From Felis catus (Eukaryota), in NCBI RefSeq assembly GCF_018350175.1, contig NC_058368.1, forward strand, positions 2,976,001 through 3,040,000: 64,000 nt of DNA. Direction: 5' to 3'. The position numbers were made by a program, and so were the translations under genes. Within the stretch, counting starts at the first letter, position 1, and every line of letters starts with the position of its first letter. Of this stretch, positions 1-13,592 are shown piece after piece. The notes under the pieces were generated by a model. That model had not been told where the DNA came from. It did not search any database and worked only from the letters and a program-made list of their open reading frames with translations.

Positions 1-432
1 TTTTATTCTTTTTCCTTCTTTTCTTTTCTTTTGATTTCTTTTTTCTTTTCTTTTTCTTTGGAATCAACCTTATGGTTTTCTTATTCTCTGTGTGTTTTTT
101 TGTGTTTTTGTTCCCTTTCCTTTTCTCTTTTTGTGGGGCATCAGGCTCCCTACCACCTCCTTTTTTTTCCATGGTTACGTCAACAAAGAAATCAAAACAC
201 ACATAGTTAAAGGCCCAAATACTTCCCCACTGCAAACAAGGAGGAACACTGTAGAGAACTGACCGTGGGAAAGTACAGCCTGAACACAACAAAGTACACA
301 CGACATAAACCAGAAACACTTCCTGGAGTGCCACGCCCTAGACAGTGTACGATCCCTTTTTAACATAGCAGTGCTCTCAGGTGTAGGAAACATAACAAGC
401 TTTTAAAACATGCAAAAGACAGAACATGCAAA

Positions 433-860
433 ATGGCGAGATGGAGGAATTCTCCCCAAAAGAAAGGTCAAGGAGAAATCACAGCCAGGGACCTGCTCAA
501 AACAGATACAAGCAATATATCTGAACAAGAATTTGGGACAACAGTCATAAGACTACATCTGGGCTTGCAAAAAGTATAGAAGACACCAACAGAGCCCTTG
601 CTGCAGAGATCAAAGACCTAAGAACTAGTCGGATGAAATCAAAAATGCTATAACTGAGTTGCAAAGCAAACTGGATACAGTGACAATGAGGATTGAAGAA
701 GCAGAGGAGAGAATAGGTGAGATAGAAGATAAAATTATGAAAATTAATGAAGCTGAAAAAAGAGGGAAAGGAGATTACTGTAGCACAAGGGGAAAATTAT
801 AGAAGTAAGCGATTCCATGAAATGAAACAATATCCATATCATAGGAGCTCCAGAAGAAGA
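433..860 (+). pseudogene. L1 ORF1 N-terminal/coiled-coil remnant, truncated after NNIHIIGAPEEE
   Basis: Translates MARWRNSPQKKGQGEITARDLLKTDTSNISEQEF..., with frameshifts/stops; ends at the IIG-PE motif that starts the RRM. Confidence 0.85.
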
Positions 861-886
861 CAGTTACCAACTCTACTGGTAAGACA

Positions 887-3800
887 ATGGCACTAAATTC
901 ATAACTTTCAATAATCACTCTGAAGGTCAATGGACTAAGTGCCCCAATCAAAAGACATAGGGTATCAGAATGGACAAAAACAAGATCCATCTATTTGCTG
1001 CCTACAAGAGACTCATTTTAGACCTGAGGACACCTTCAGGTTGAAACTGAGGGGATGGAGAACTGTCTATCTTGCTACTGGATGGCAAAAGAAAGCCAGA
1101 GTAGCCATACTTACATCAGATAAACTAGACTTTCAAACAAAGACTGTAATAAGAGATGAAGAAGGGAATTATATCATAATTAAGGGGAATGTCCATCAAG
1201 GAGATCTAACGATTGTAAATATTTATGCCCCCAACTTGTAAGAACCAAGATATATAAATCAATTAATCACAAACATAAAGAAACTCAGTGATAATACCAT
1301 AATAGTAGGAGACCTTAATACCCCACTTACAACAATGGACAGATCATCTAAGCAGAAAATCAACAAGGAAACAATGGCTTTGAATGACACACAGATGGAC
1401 TTAACAGATACATTAAAAGATATTATATCTTAACAGATATATTAAGAACATTTCATCCTAAAGCACCAGAATACACATTCTTCTTGAGTGCACTTGGAAC
1501 ATTCTCCAGAAGAGATCACATATAGGGTCACAAAACAACTCTCAACAGATACAGAAAGACTGAGATCATAACATGCGTATTTTCAGATCACGATGCTATG
1601 AAACTTGAAAGCAACCCCAGAAAAAATTTGGAAAGCCTTCAAATACATTGAGGTTAAAGAACATCTTGCTAAAGAATGAATGAGTTAACCAGGAAATTAA
1701 AGAATAAATAAAAAATACATGGAATCAAATGAGAATGTAAATGAAAACATGACAGTCCAAACCCTTCGGAATGCAGCAAAGGCAGTCCTAAGAGGAAAGT
1801 ACATTGCAATTCAGGCCTATCTCAAGAAGCAAGAAAGGTCCCAAATATACAACCTAACCTTACATTGAAAGGAGCTAGAAACGGAGCAGCAAATAAGCCT
1901 AAAGCCAGCAGGAGGGAAATAGTGAAAATTAGGACAGAAATAAATGATAAAGAAACAAACAAGCGAGAAAGACAGAACAGGTCAATAAAACTAAAAGCTG
2001 ATTTTTTTTTAAAAAAAATAAACAAAATTGATAATCCCCTAACCAGATTTATCAAAAGTAAAAGAAGACCCAAATAGATAAAATCATGAATTAAAGAGGA
2101 GAGATCACAACCAACACCACAGAAATACAAAGAATTATAAGAGAATACCATAAAAACTATACGCCAACAAATTTGATGATCTAGAAGAAATGGACAAATT
2201 CCTAGAAACTCACAAACTACCAAAACTGAAACAGAAAGAAATAGAAAATTTGAAGAGGCCCATAACCAGCAAAGAAACTGAATCAGTTATCAAAAATCTC
2301 CCAATAAATGAGAATCCTAAGCCAGATGCCTTCCCAGGAGAATTCTACCAGGCACTTAAGAGTTAATACCTATTATTCTTAAACAGTTCCAAAATAGAAA
2401 CGAAAGCTTCCAGACTTATTCTATGAAGCCAGCATTACAGACTTAGACCCCGCTAAAAAGAAGAATTACAGGCCAATATCCCTGATGAAACTGAAAGCAA
2501 AAATTCTCAACAAGATTCTAGCAAATAGAATTCAACAGTGCGTTAAAAGAATTATTCACCATGATCAAGTAGGATTCATTTCTGGACTGGGGGGCTGGTT
2601 CAATATTCACAAATCAATCAATGTGATATACCACATTAATAAACGAAAGGATAAGAACCATATGATTCTCTCAATAGATGTAGAAAAAGCATTTGACAAA
2701 ATACAGCATCCTTTCTTGGTAAAAACTCTCAAGAAAGTAGGAATAGAAGGAACATTCCTCAACTTTATAAAGGCTGTATATGGAAGTCCCACAGCTAATA
2801 TCATCCTAAATGGGGAAAAACTGAGAACTTTCCCCCTAAGGTCAGGAACACAACAGGGATGTCCCACTCTCCCTACCGATGCTCAACATTGTGTTGGAAG
2901 TCCTAGCCTCAGGAATCAGACAACAAAAAGAAATAAAAGACACACATACATACAAATCGGCAAAGAAGAAGTCAAACTTGTACACTTCACAGATGACATG
3001 ATACTCTACATGGAAAATCCGAAAGAATACACAAAAAAATTTCTAGAACTTATACGTGAATTCAGCAAAGTCACAGGGTATAAAATCAGTGTACAGAAAT
3101 CGGTTGCATTTTTACACACCAATAATGAATAATCGGAGAGAAAGCCAAGGAATCGGTCCCATTTATAATTTTAGTAAAAACCATAGGATACCTAGGAATA
3201 AACCTAATAAAAGTGGTAAAAGATCTGTATGCTGAAACTATAGAAAGCTTATGAAAGAAATAGAAGAAGACATAAAGAAATGGAAAAACATTCCATGCTC
3301 ATGGACCAGAAGAACAAATACTGTTAAAATGTTAATACTACCTAAAGCAATCTACACATTCAATGCGATCCCTATCAAAAGAACACTAGCATTCTTCATA
3401 GAACATTCTTCACAACCCTAAAGTTTGTCTGGAAACAGAAAAGACCCTAAATAGCCAAAATAATGCTGAAAAAGAGAACCAAAGCTGGAGTCATCACAAA
3501 TCTGGACTTCAGGCTGTATTACAAAGCTGTAATCATCAAGACAGTAGGCTACTGGCGCAAAACAGACACACAGATCAATAGAACAGAATAGAGAACCCAG
3601 AAATGGGCTCACAAATGTATGGCTAACTAATCTTTAACAAGGCAGGAAAGATTATCCACTGGAAAAAAGATAGTCTCTTCAGGAAATGGTGCTGGGAAAA
3701 TTGGACAGCGACCTGCAGAAGAATGGACTTGGACCACTTTCTTATACCATACACAAAAATAAAGGTGAAAGACCTAAATGTGAGACAGGAAGCCATCAAA

Positions 3801-4720
3801 ATCCTCCAGGAGAAAACAGATAGCAACCTCTTTGACTTCGGCTGCAGCAACTCCTCACTTAGACACATCTCTGGAGTCAGAAATAAAAACAAAAATAAGC
3901 TATTGGGAAATCACCAAGATGAAAAGCTTCTGCACAGTGAAGGAAACAATCAACCAAACTAAAAGGCAACCAATGGAATGGGAGAAGATACTTTCAAATG
4001 ATGTATCAGATAAAAGGTTAATATCCAAAATCAATGACCAAATTGTCAAATTCAATTATCAAATTCAGCAGCACCCCCAAACAAGTAATTCAGTGAAGAA
4101 ATGGGCAGAGTAGACATGAATAGGCACTTTTTGAAAGAAGACATTCAGATGGCCGACAAACACATGGAAAGATGCTCAACATCACTCATCATCAGGGAAA
4201 TACATATCAAAGCCACAATGAGATACCACCTCACACCTGCTAGAATGGCTAAAATGAACAACTCAGGAAACAACAGATGTTGGTGAGGATGGGGAGAAAG
4301 GGGAACACTTTTGCACTGCTGGTGGGAATGCAAACTGGTGCAGCCACTCTGGAAAACAGTGTGGAGGTTTGTCAAAAAATTAAAAATAGAACTACCCTAC
4401 GACCCAGTAATTCCACTACTAGGTATTTATCCAAAAGATACAAAAAATGCTTATTCATAGGGGCACTTGTACTCTGATGTTTATAGCAGCGCTATCAACA
4501 ATAGCCAAATTATGGAAAGAGCCCAAATGTCCATCAACTGATGAATGGATAATGAAGACGTGGTAAATATATATAATAGAATACTACTCAGCAAAGAAAA
4601 AGAATGTAATCATGCCATTTGCTATAATGTGAATGGAACCAGAGTGTATTATGCTAAGTGAAATAAGTCAGTCAGAGAAAGACAAATATCATATGATTTC
4701 ACTCATATGTGGAATTTAAG
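887..4720 (+). pseudogene. L1 ORF2 (APE endonuclease + reverse transcriptase) with many stops and frameshifts
   Basis: ORF-track fragments 939-1241, 1865-2077, 2485-3132, 3723-3962, 3832-4113, 4101-4286 all match successive L1 ORF2p segments; the FADD motif reads FTDD. Confidence 0.95.
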
Positions 4721-5299
4721 AAACAAACAGGGAAGGGATCATAGAGGAAGGGAAGGAAAAATAAGATAAAAACAGAGAGGGAGGCAAACCATAAAAGACT
4801 CTCAAATACAGAGAAAAAAATGAGGGTTGCTGTAGGGGAGGTGGGTGGGGGGGGATGGGCTAAATGAGTGATAGATACTAAGGAGATTCCACTTGTTGGA
4901 ATGAGCCCTGGGTGTTATATGTAAGTGATGAATCACCGGGTTCTCTTCCTGGTTTCTCTTCAGTGACACCAACACTACACTGTATATTAACTAACTTGAA
5001 TTTAAATAAATAAATTAAAAGTAATAATTCTGCAATAAACAGAGGAATGCGTGTAACAAGAGAAACATGACAGGTCCATTTTGTGTACATTAAAATACAC
5101 TTTTAAAAATTAATGGGCCATTATCCCAAGGAGGGGATGGTGTTGAGGGTTATGAAGAAAATTAGTCGTTACGAAGGGCCATGAGCGGTCAGTACACAAC
5201 ACATGTTCCCAAGACAGAGTGTGAGACTGGAGAGTTCAGGCTGCCTGTGTAGACAGGTGGCTGCAATGTCTAGTAGTCACCTGACGGTGGGTTAGTTTT

Positions 5300-5590
5300 T
5301 TTAACCCCTCTTCATCAGAGTGTCCTTATCTGTAAAGGGGGATAATAATACAACCTGCCTAATCAGACTATCGGAAATGTCAAATGGAGCGGTAAGGACA
5401 AGGCCTTGACAACAATTCCTGGCACACAGTGAGCACTTGATAAATATTGCTCATTACTGACAATCGCTGCATCATTTACCTCTTCCTTGAACATGGGCAG
5501 CTAGGTATTATTATCTAGAATTTATACCTGAGGAAACTCAACCGATGGTTTGGGGATTTGAGCCAAGATTTGTCTGATCCCAAAGCTCAC
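5300..5590. mobile_element. Two MIR fragments (+ at ~5300-5460, - at ~5505-5590)
   Basis: ccttatctgtaaagggggataataata...cctggcacacagtgagcacttgataaatatt and tgaggaaactca...gggatttgagccaag...tctgatcccaaagctc resemble the MIR core. Confidence 0.7.
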
Positions 5591-7069
5591 CTGCTCATGT
5601 ACACAAGGTTTATGAAAAATAGTTTGACAATTATAAAGTATGATTTAAGTATTTCAAGTGAAAAGTTTTTTCATTTGATTAAGTGATTAGGAAGTGAATT
5701 TTCCTAAATGTCTCAAGAACTTAACAAGTCAAAGATTAATCCCAAAGTTGACGAAATATAAAGCAAAAAAGATTAGCCTGTATTGATGGGAGAAATGTGG
5801 TGTTTGATTTAATACAATTCAGGTGCGTGAGTAGCAGACATTCTCCGAGTATGTGTTGGGAAATGAGGTGAGAGTTGCAAACTTATATCTATAAAGTGAT
5901 AGCAACACATCACATAAGCTAATTAAAATTCAGTAATTTCCTCTCCTGTTTCTGAGCATGCCAATCTAGACATTTTTGCCATTATCGGCTTTGTTTTCAA
6001 GATGACGTGGTGACAGGATGGGTAGTACACTGGGGTCAGAGTCAGAATCTTAAAGTTCTCAATTACCTGAAATTACTGACTAGATCAAATTAGATTAAAA
6101 AGTTGCTCAGGTTCAGAGTACAGAATGTGGGTTAAGAGCAATGAAAAGTAGGAGTTCTCAGTAAACATCAGGTCAGTATGAAGTATCACAAAGTCTGATT
6201 GGGAAGCAATGCCTATGACATACGTTAGGCCGGTCACGTGTTATCTCCAAATTTCCCTTTTTACAAAGCATTCTGGAATAGGCTTTATATTAAGATTCTA
6301 AACTTGATGGAAAATCAGGCTACCTCGGGTGTGGAAATACCCAAGCATCGTGGATAAATCGTGGGGCACAAGAATAATAGACTTGGAGTTAGAAGCCATC
6401 TCAAATGTTTTTTGCTTCAGCTCTCTACCTGTGCATATGCCTACTTGTTTTCTGACCTCATTTTGAGGTTTATATTAAAAAATAAAGACAAAACAAGCTA
6501 ACTGACAAACAAAACAAAACAAAACCAACCTTTGATCTCTAGCAATAGGAAACTTAGTATTGCATACAGAAAAGTTATAGTTTTCAGATGACTTAATGGC
6601 TAGAATAATGCTTTATCAGATTGAGCAAAATCTATATTCAATAACTTCATTTATCTCTCTTATTTCAATCCACTGAAGGCAGGTTCAATTTCTAATACCT
6701 TGCTCAGATTTGGCCATGATATGTTCCCCCCAATTTTTCTTCAGGTCGATCTTTCTTATTATTTCAAAACTTCCTTCACAGGCCATCTGGTTTTGAGAGT
6801 CTCAAAGAAATGGCCAGTACTGACTTTCTATCTTGTTGACATCCCTTTTGAAGTCTCTTTTTTCGAAACTGAATACAGCTTTCCAGAGTAACCTCCACTG
6901 ATAAGGTCAGGGTACTGAATGTCTGTCATTCTAGAACATGTTGCTTAAAACTCCGGAAGATTGTTTGATCACTAGGAACTATTGACTCTTATTAATAGCA
7001 ATTTCAGTCCCTTAAGTCTGTTTATAATTAGCCGTGTCTCCATGCTCCTGTATTTGCATAATTTGTTTT

Positions 7070-7122
7070 GTTCCTTCTTTCCTTCCTTCCTTCCTTCCTT
7101 CCTTCCTTCCTTCCTTCCTTTT
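7070..7122. repeat. (TTCC)n microsatellite
   Basis: Direct reading. Confidence 0.95.
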
Positions 7123-7869
7123 CCCCTTTTTGGCTGAAACTAAGTGCTGGGCAGTATTTTTCTGTATTATGTTTCATCTGGTTCAATTTGTCCTGTTTCT
7201 CCAGACTGCTAAGATAATTTGGGATTTTGTCTCTGATATCCTTTCCATTTGCTATTCTTATCTATAAGTTGCAAGTTTGATTGTGGGCTTCTTACAGGAG
7301 AGCAAACTATCATGTGCTGCTGACTCACTCCCCTAGACCCAGCCCAGGAATGCAATACAGTACAGGTGAGGGGGAGCCTGATGGTTCTCAAGTAACATTA
7401 AGAACTTGACACAAACCCTGGTGTGAAAAGGATAAAAATCTGTCCCTTTCCGGATGGTTCCCACTGAGGCACAATCAGTTCAGGGGGCATATTTTAAATT
7501 TCTCTGGGTGGACAGCTACCTATCTATCAGCACTACAAAGCGGAAACAACATTTGGAGGTGAGAATGTTGCAAGGGTGGGTAGGAGTGCCATCCAGCTCA
7601 GGCTAAGTCATTGGTTAGCATTTTCCTCTCCCCTCACCCATCCACGCCCTGTGGACTGGGCGACCACCTACAGCTAAAGAGAAAGGGCTGAAATAGAGCG
7701 GTGTCAGCATGGAGGTTTAGACCGAAACACAGAAGGCTCCCCTTTCTGGAGAATTCTTTCCTCCTCAAAGTCATCAGAAGTGCACCAACAACAGCCTGGA
7801 ATTTACCTTCTTCCTCCGGGTACACATTACCTTAAGAGATGCTAACACCCTCAGGAAATACATTCTCAC

Positions 7870-9635
7870 AGGGGATAATAATGAAATATTTTAGGATTAA
7901 AATCTCTATAAAAGAAAGACAACAAATAGAACAAACTTAGTTATTAAGCAGAATTAAGAAATCAGAGAGAACAAGAATAGAAACTAAGGATAACGAGTAC
8001 CTTAAAAGAGATAAGAGATTATATGAGGAACACGAAGCAAGAATAAGAAAAATCAGAAATAAGAATCACTTAGAGCCAATGAGTATAAACATGTAACAGT
8101 TGAAATAAAGAACACGGCAGATGAGTCAAAGGGAAGAATGAATACGAATGAATTAATTGGTTGGAATGTTTTGTCAAGGAATTCTTCCAACAACCGTCAG
8201 GAAGGAATAAAGAGAGGCAAAGTATAAAAGGATTGCAAAAAAAAAATGTGGAGAACAGACACAGAAATGCCATAATATAATAGTGGTCATGGAAATGAGA
8301 AAAATTGAAATTACAGTAACAGATTATTTCCTACTGTAACAGAAGGCCGGAGGATCTCAGATTGTAAATACTGTTAGAATGCCATAAACTAAGAAAACCC
8401 ACACTTAGATATGTGGTAATGAAATGTGAGAATATTAAAGACAATAAGAAGTTTCTAGTAACTTCCAGAGATAAAGAGCAACTCTTGTACTACAAAGGAA
8501 CAAGGATCAGACTGATATCAAATTTCTTGAGAAAGGCAGTATTACAAGTTTAAAATGTTAGAAAACCATAACCTGTAATTACAGTTTTATATTAACTAAA
8601 TCACCAATTTAAATGCATACTCTTAGATAAACAAGGTATCAGACAATTTCCCAACTATCCTTTTTGAGAATCCTCTTTCAGGAGACACTAAACAGAACAA
8701 AACAAAACAAAACGAAAAACAAACTATTAAAAATAAAAACAAGGAAAGGTAAGTCCCAAAGGGAACTATTAGATGGGAAGTAAAGGTAGGATTGCTGTTA
8801 AAATAGCCACTTAGAATAAAAAACAACCCGAAGTTATACCCTGAATAATTTTTGAAACAGTATCAATATGGCTGGGTGAGTAGAAGGGGTGGGAGGTATT
8901 GTTGAAGAACCAACGGGGCACGAGAGCTACTAAGTTATCACTTTGCCAAGGAATGGGGTGGTGGGTGGAGCTCTAGTTATTGAGAAGCTCAAGAAACTGA
9001 TAGGGGAAAATAAAGTATGACAAATAATGAAACAAGAACTAACATGGCTAGGGATTGAAAGGTAAGGATATACAGATTGGATAAAAAACAAAACGTAATA
9101 CTTATACAAAAAATATTCAATAAGGTTAAAGGGGGTAGAAAAAGATGATCAGATCAATGCAAGCTAAAAAGAAATATGTTATATATTAATAAAAAGCAAT
9201 AATATTCGCAGAGTGTATTAAACATGAATATATATGCATTAAAAACTACATTAAAGAAATAAACAACTGGAAAACCTATGGAGATAAATAGATGACTCAG
9301 CAATTAGGACTGGATATGTCAACCAGAGAAAATAAACAAGTAGCAGAGTTGAATAACTAATTGATATAAACTACTTTCACCAAATAGAGAACATACCTTC
9401 TTAAACCTCAACAACTTTTAGAGAACCAAAATCACACATAGTATATACTCTGACTCTATGTGCAGTGAATAAGAAATCAATATTAAAAATAGCTGAGAAG
9501 TCTCATATGTTTGGAAACTTAAAGAAATCTGAATACTTGAAGAAGAAATCATAAGGAAAACTTCAAAAAAGAACAAACAACATAGCTATGACACAGCGAA
9601 CGCAGTTCTTAGAAGGAGATTTATAGCTTTAAATA
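7870..9635 (+). mobile_element. Ancient L1M remnant (ORF1-like then ORF2 endonuclease-like), highly decayed
   Basis: A-rich; tacaaaggaacaaggatcagactgatatcaaatttc (ORF1 CTD-like) and gacacagcgaacgcagttcttagaaggagatttatagctttaaat (ORF2 WD-AKAVLRGKFIALN-like). Confidence 0.7.
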
Positions 9636-9674
9636 TGTTCCCCCCCCCCCCCCCCCGGAAAATAGAAATAACAG

Positions 9675-10260
9675 GAACACATTTGATCAGCTTATAATCA
9701 TGTTTACATTCAAGTCGTGGGTAACAATGTTGAAGTGGACTGAATCCCAAAGTCATAAGACTTCAAAGATCTCCCTCTGTTAAACTGATCTATTAATTGG
9801 TAATCCCTAGAGCAGGTATTCCATCCTGACTGTAAAGGTTTAGACTGTAAAGGTTTAAAACTCAGGCAATAGTTTTTATGTCACAGTAAAGACATCATCG
9901 GTATTTCTGTCAAATGATGCTTAAATACAGATTTATGCTGTCTACAGCATTCTCTTTTATGTTACAGGCAATTTTCAAAAAAGAAAAAAAAAATGAGGAG
10001 GAAGAAAAGGAAGATGGAAAGAAAGGTGAGGAGAACTTCCAGGACATGGTTATTGTGAATCCTTCCTGACTTCTGAAGACTGTCTCTTTACTTTAAAATT
10101 ATTCACACTCTTTATTTACTAATCTGTTGAAAATATTTCCTCGGTTTAACATCAAACTTACCAGGCTCTATAGTTTGTATTACCAATTTTATCTCCCTTT
10201 TTGAGCATTGCAACATTTATTCATCCCGTCTTTCTTTACTTGTGTTTTCCCACAATTCTT
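9675..10260 (-). mobile_element. CR1/L3 LINE reverse transcriptase fossil
   Basis: Minus-strand pieces in correct order: INVAMLKKGDKIGNTNYR / LVSLMLNRGNIF, ENAVDSINLYLS, FNIVTHDLNVNM / KLIK, matching CR1 ANVTPIFKKG..NYRPVSL, AVDVIYLDFSKAFD, FNIFINDL..LIKFADD. Confidence 0.7.
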
Positions 10261-10989
10261 CTAAATTTCACGATCTAAAATCTCTGTGAGAGGTAGTAAG
10301 GTAGAAGCTAGGAACAAGGGTGAGAGTCATTGAAAATTAATCACATCAGACCCCTAAGATGATGCCTTCAGATGATTAGTTATGATCACAATAAGAAGAA
10401 AATCCAGGAACTATATTTTTTTCTTTTTTGATCCCGAATATTCAATGGTCAAGAAGGCCAATGGGCAAGATTGAGACAGATGTTGCAAATGAACTATTTA
10501 ATCTGCTAAGGTAGAAAATAATAAATTATCTTAATTAAAAATAAGAACAATAAAACATTGTTCTTCCTCTGCACACATGATCACCTACACCCACAACTCA
10601 CTGTCTTGTGTGCTCCTGACCAAGGGGCACTTTTCTCATTTATTGCACGAACCCGCATAAAATTGCTGAAATATAATTTTTTTTAACCTATGAAATGGCA
10701 ATGTAAGAGCATGTTCAGGGCATTGGGTCTCCAGTAGAGAACAAACAGACAGAAGCTCTGCCCTGAGGAAACTTACCTTCTACATAGGGACAATGCAACA
10801 GAAGAAACTCTCCCAAGCCCACAAAGTTTAGAGCGTGTATGTCATTCAAACCTGGATATGTTGAGAGTAAAAGTTTGGGGGCATTATTAATAATTATGTT
10901 GGGACATTAGGACTGTCGAGGACAAACCAGGATATGTGGTCTCCCAACTTAGGATAGGATAGCTTTGTAATAATAGCAGTGCATTAAAT

Positions 10990-11165
10990 GGTATCATTTC
11001 TTGAAACCTACATGTGCTAAGCTCCCTAACAAGCACTAGGCACATAACTTCTTTTACAGCCCTGTGACATGGGATATTTAGGCTCGTAGAGGTTCCCGAG
11101 ATGTTAGTATAGGAGTGAGATTTGAACCCATTGAAAGCCAAAGCCAGTGCTTATGACCAGTGTGC
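10990..11165 (-). mobile_element. MIR fragment
   Basis: acctacatgtgctaagc...acagccctgtgacatgggat...gagatttgaaccca...aagccaaagccagtgctt. Confidence 0.6.
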
Positions 11166-12705
11166 CTGTCATCGTGGCTATGAGTGGGTGCCATAAGTCC
11201 CTTAAGTAGGGGACGCTATAGAAACTTGAAAGAAGAAGCTTCTGGACATTTAGAGAAATGGATATTTTACAGGAAGGTTAGTCAGCTTCTAAAAGGCATC
11301 ATGCCGAGAAGTGATACAAGATGAAAATGTGAAAAAGCCCAAGAAGGGGTGAAAGCAATGAAGGCTGGGTTGGTGACAAATGACTGTGAGTTCAGGGACA
11401 TTGACAGAGACTGTGCACTCTTTCGGGGTCTGTGTCATGAACAACGGCCACGATGTCTTCTTAGGTAGCTTGGACCAGTGACCATTAGCCCTAACCCATA
11501 TTTTTTATGTCGTACATATTTGGTAAGTAACAGGTTTGTAAAAGATGTTGACAGATGCGGAGAACTGAAATAATGTCATTACACTTCTTGCCGATTGTCC
11601 ACCTGTCAGCCCTCGCATCATTTGTCCAGGGCACTTGCTGTGTACTTTGAACTCTTTGGGGCTAATGATGTAAAAAGAATTTGAACTTTCAACAGTAAAT
11701 ATCTGCAAGATAACAGCAGCTGACTGGATAGAGACCATCTCTGGTGCCATGAACATCCTCCCTCCCGCCAAACATTTTTGTCCTGTGGAACACCATCCAG
11801 AACTCACTTCACATCCTGGAAACGTTCCCTGACTACGCAGTTTTGGTCTCCGTGGTCTTATCTCTCATGTGGCAAACGTGTTTCTCCTACTAATGTGTGT
11901 TTATGTGTATAAAAATGAGGAGTTGGCAAGAAATGGAAATGGGCTTCTATAGATAGACTGCCTCTGTCAGTGCTAATACTTACCCATCCATTTTGCCTCA
12001 CTCTGGGTTCCTGGGACTCTAGATGTAGAGACAATCTATCGCAAATTATACACAACAACTTAGCACTTACTATACAGGGTGATGGAGCTAACAGTACCTC
12101 AATAAATGCTCCTAGAAGATTGTGATCTCCCAGTCTCTGTTTTGTGGCCATCAACATAGAATCGACTGAACTAATTTTACGGCATTTGTCATCAGCCACT
12201 CAGAAAAAGGAAAGCGTTCGAACGGGTATTTGATGACACAGTTCTATGGAGCAAGCTACATGTCGATGTCACTTTTCTCTTTGCTGAATGTAAAATGGCC
12301 CCAGAGAGAATTTTCACTAGGTCACCAAACTCTTCTTTCTTTTTAAATAAATATGGGTTCTTTTCCAATAGATAAGAAAGGAAATTCATTGGCTTCAGGT
12401 TATGTGAGGTGAGGAAATCAGGGGAGGCTATCCTATTTGAAAGGATAAGAATGTGCACAATGAAAATAGAGAATCCTGGTTCTGGTTGGCACCACTTTTA
12501 TCCAGTGAGTGATAGCAGGAAACGGGGTGGATTAAAATCTCTTTTTCAGGCGAATTGAAAAGGTACATTCTCATCATTTTCCTCAGATCATTAGAGGTTC
12601 TGTTTATTTTGTACCTCTTTCCATTTGATACTTCTTTCTAGTTGCCAAAGAAAACTATTCCCCTTCCCCTCCCCCAGGTGGTGGTCAATATACAAAGAAT
12701 TCCCT

Positions 12706-12872
12706 GAGCCTGGGTGGCTCAGTCGGTCGGGCATCTGACTTCGGCTCAGGTCATGATCTCATGGCTCATGGGTTCGAGCCCCGCGTCGGGCTCTGTGCTG
12801 ACAGCTTAGAGCCTGGAGCCTGCTTCGGATTCTGTGTCTCCCTCTCTCTCTCCCCCTCCCCTGCTCATGCTC

Positions 12873-12918
<46 letters not shown>

Positions 12919-12953
12919 TCAAAAATAAATAAACATTTAAAAAATTAAAAAAA
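12706..12953 (+). mobile_element. CAN-SINE (feline type) with expanded (CT)n
   Basis: tRNA-like head, (CT)n, AATAAA tail; exact TSD aaagaattccct at 12694-12705 and 12954-12965. Confidence 0.97.
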
Positions 12954-13455
12954 AAAGAATTCCCTAATTCTGGCAAGTGGAGTTATTTTTCAAATTACCA
13001 ACATCATAATAATTGTTATTACCACTCTAAAGATATTCCTGTTTAGATACTTTGAATATTACAATAAGGATCCTCATTATTAAAACTCATGACTTTGGAG
13101 TTCTATCACTAAAAATATATTAGGTCAGTTGACTCAAAGAAGGAGAACTCCCACTAAGACTTCAATGACTATACGAGAAACAAAATAGAACAGAAAAGGA
13201 AACAAAACGAAAACTCAATAAGCCCATAACCATAGAAAGAACCTCCAAAGTCTTGTGTTGGTGTTTCAATGTAGCATTACTTTATTACTCATAAACTCGC
13301 TTTAGTTTATAGTTGTTAAAATCCAATTCCATTGCCCAGACTGGTTAATACCCTACCTATCTATGAGGTTGGAGAAGTTTGCCTCAGTGGGAAGGTCTCT
13401 AATGATGTTTAGCTATTATTACATTCAGCCCTGGAGAGATTATTTATTTTCTAAG

Positions 13456-13487
13456 CACACACACACACACACACACACATACATACA
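13456..13487. repeat. (CA)n microsatellite
   Basis: Direct reading. Confidence 0.9.
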
Positions 13488-13592
13488 TCATCATCTTTGC
13501 TTCTCTGATACTTGTTAGCTTATGGCATGACAATAATTTGAAACTTTGTGCAGTCTTACATAATAACTAATATAAGATCAGAAGACATTTCT

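Larger units (their letters stand above)
1..5020 (+). mobile_element. LINE-1 (carnivore L1), near full length, inactive; 5' end runs off the window
   Basis: T-rich 5'UTR, ORF1 N-terminal half from ATG 433, ORF2 from ATG 887 with endonuclease (CCLQETH, IVNIYAPN) and RT motifs ([29 protein letters not shown]), C-terminal [11 protein letters not shown], 3'UTR G-tract ~4835-4860 and A-rich tail ~5005-5020. Confidence 0.97.

Noticed and set aside
2485..3132. 215-aa reverse transcriptase ORF as a functional gene or novel RT system
   Set aside because: It is a fragment of dead L1 ORF2 with an internal frameshifted stretch, FTDD instead of FADD, and flanking stops
9639..9657. Poly-C run as regulatory signal
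   Set aside because: Isolated homopolymer at an L1/CR1 junction with no supporting context
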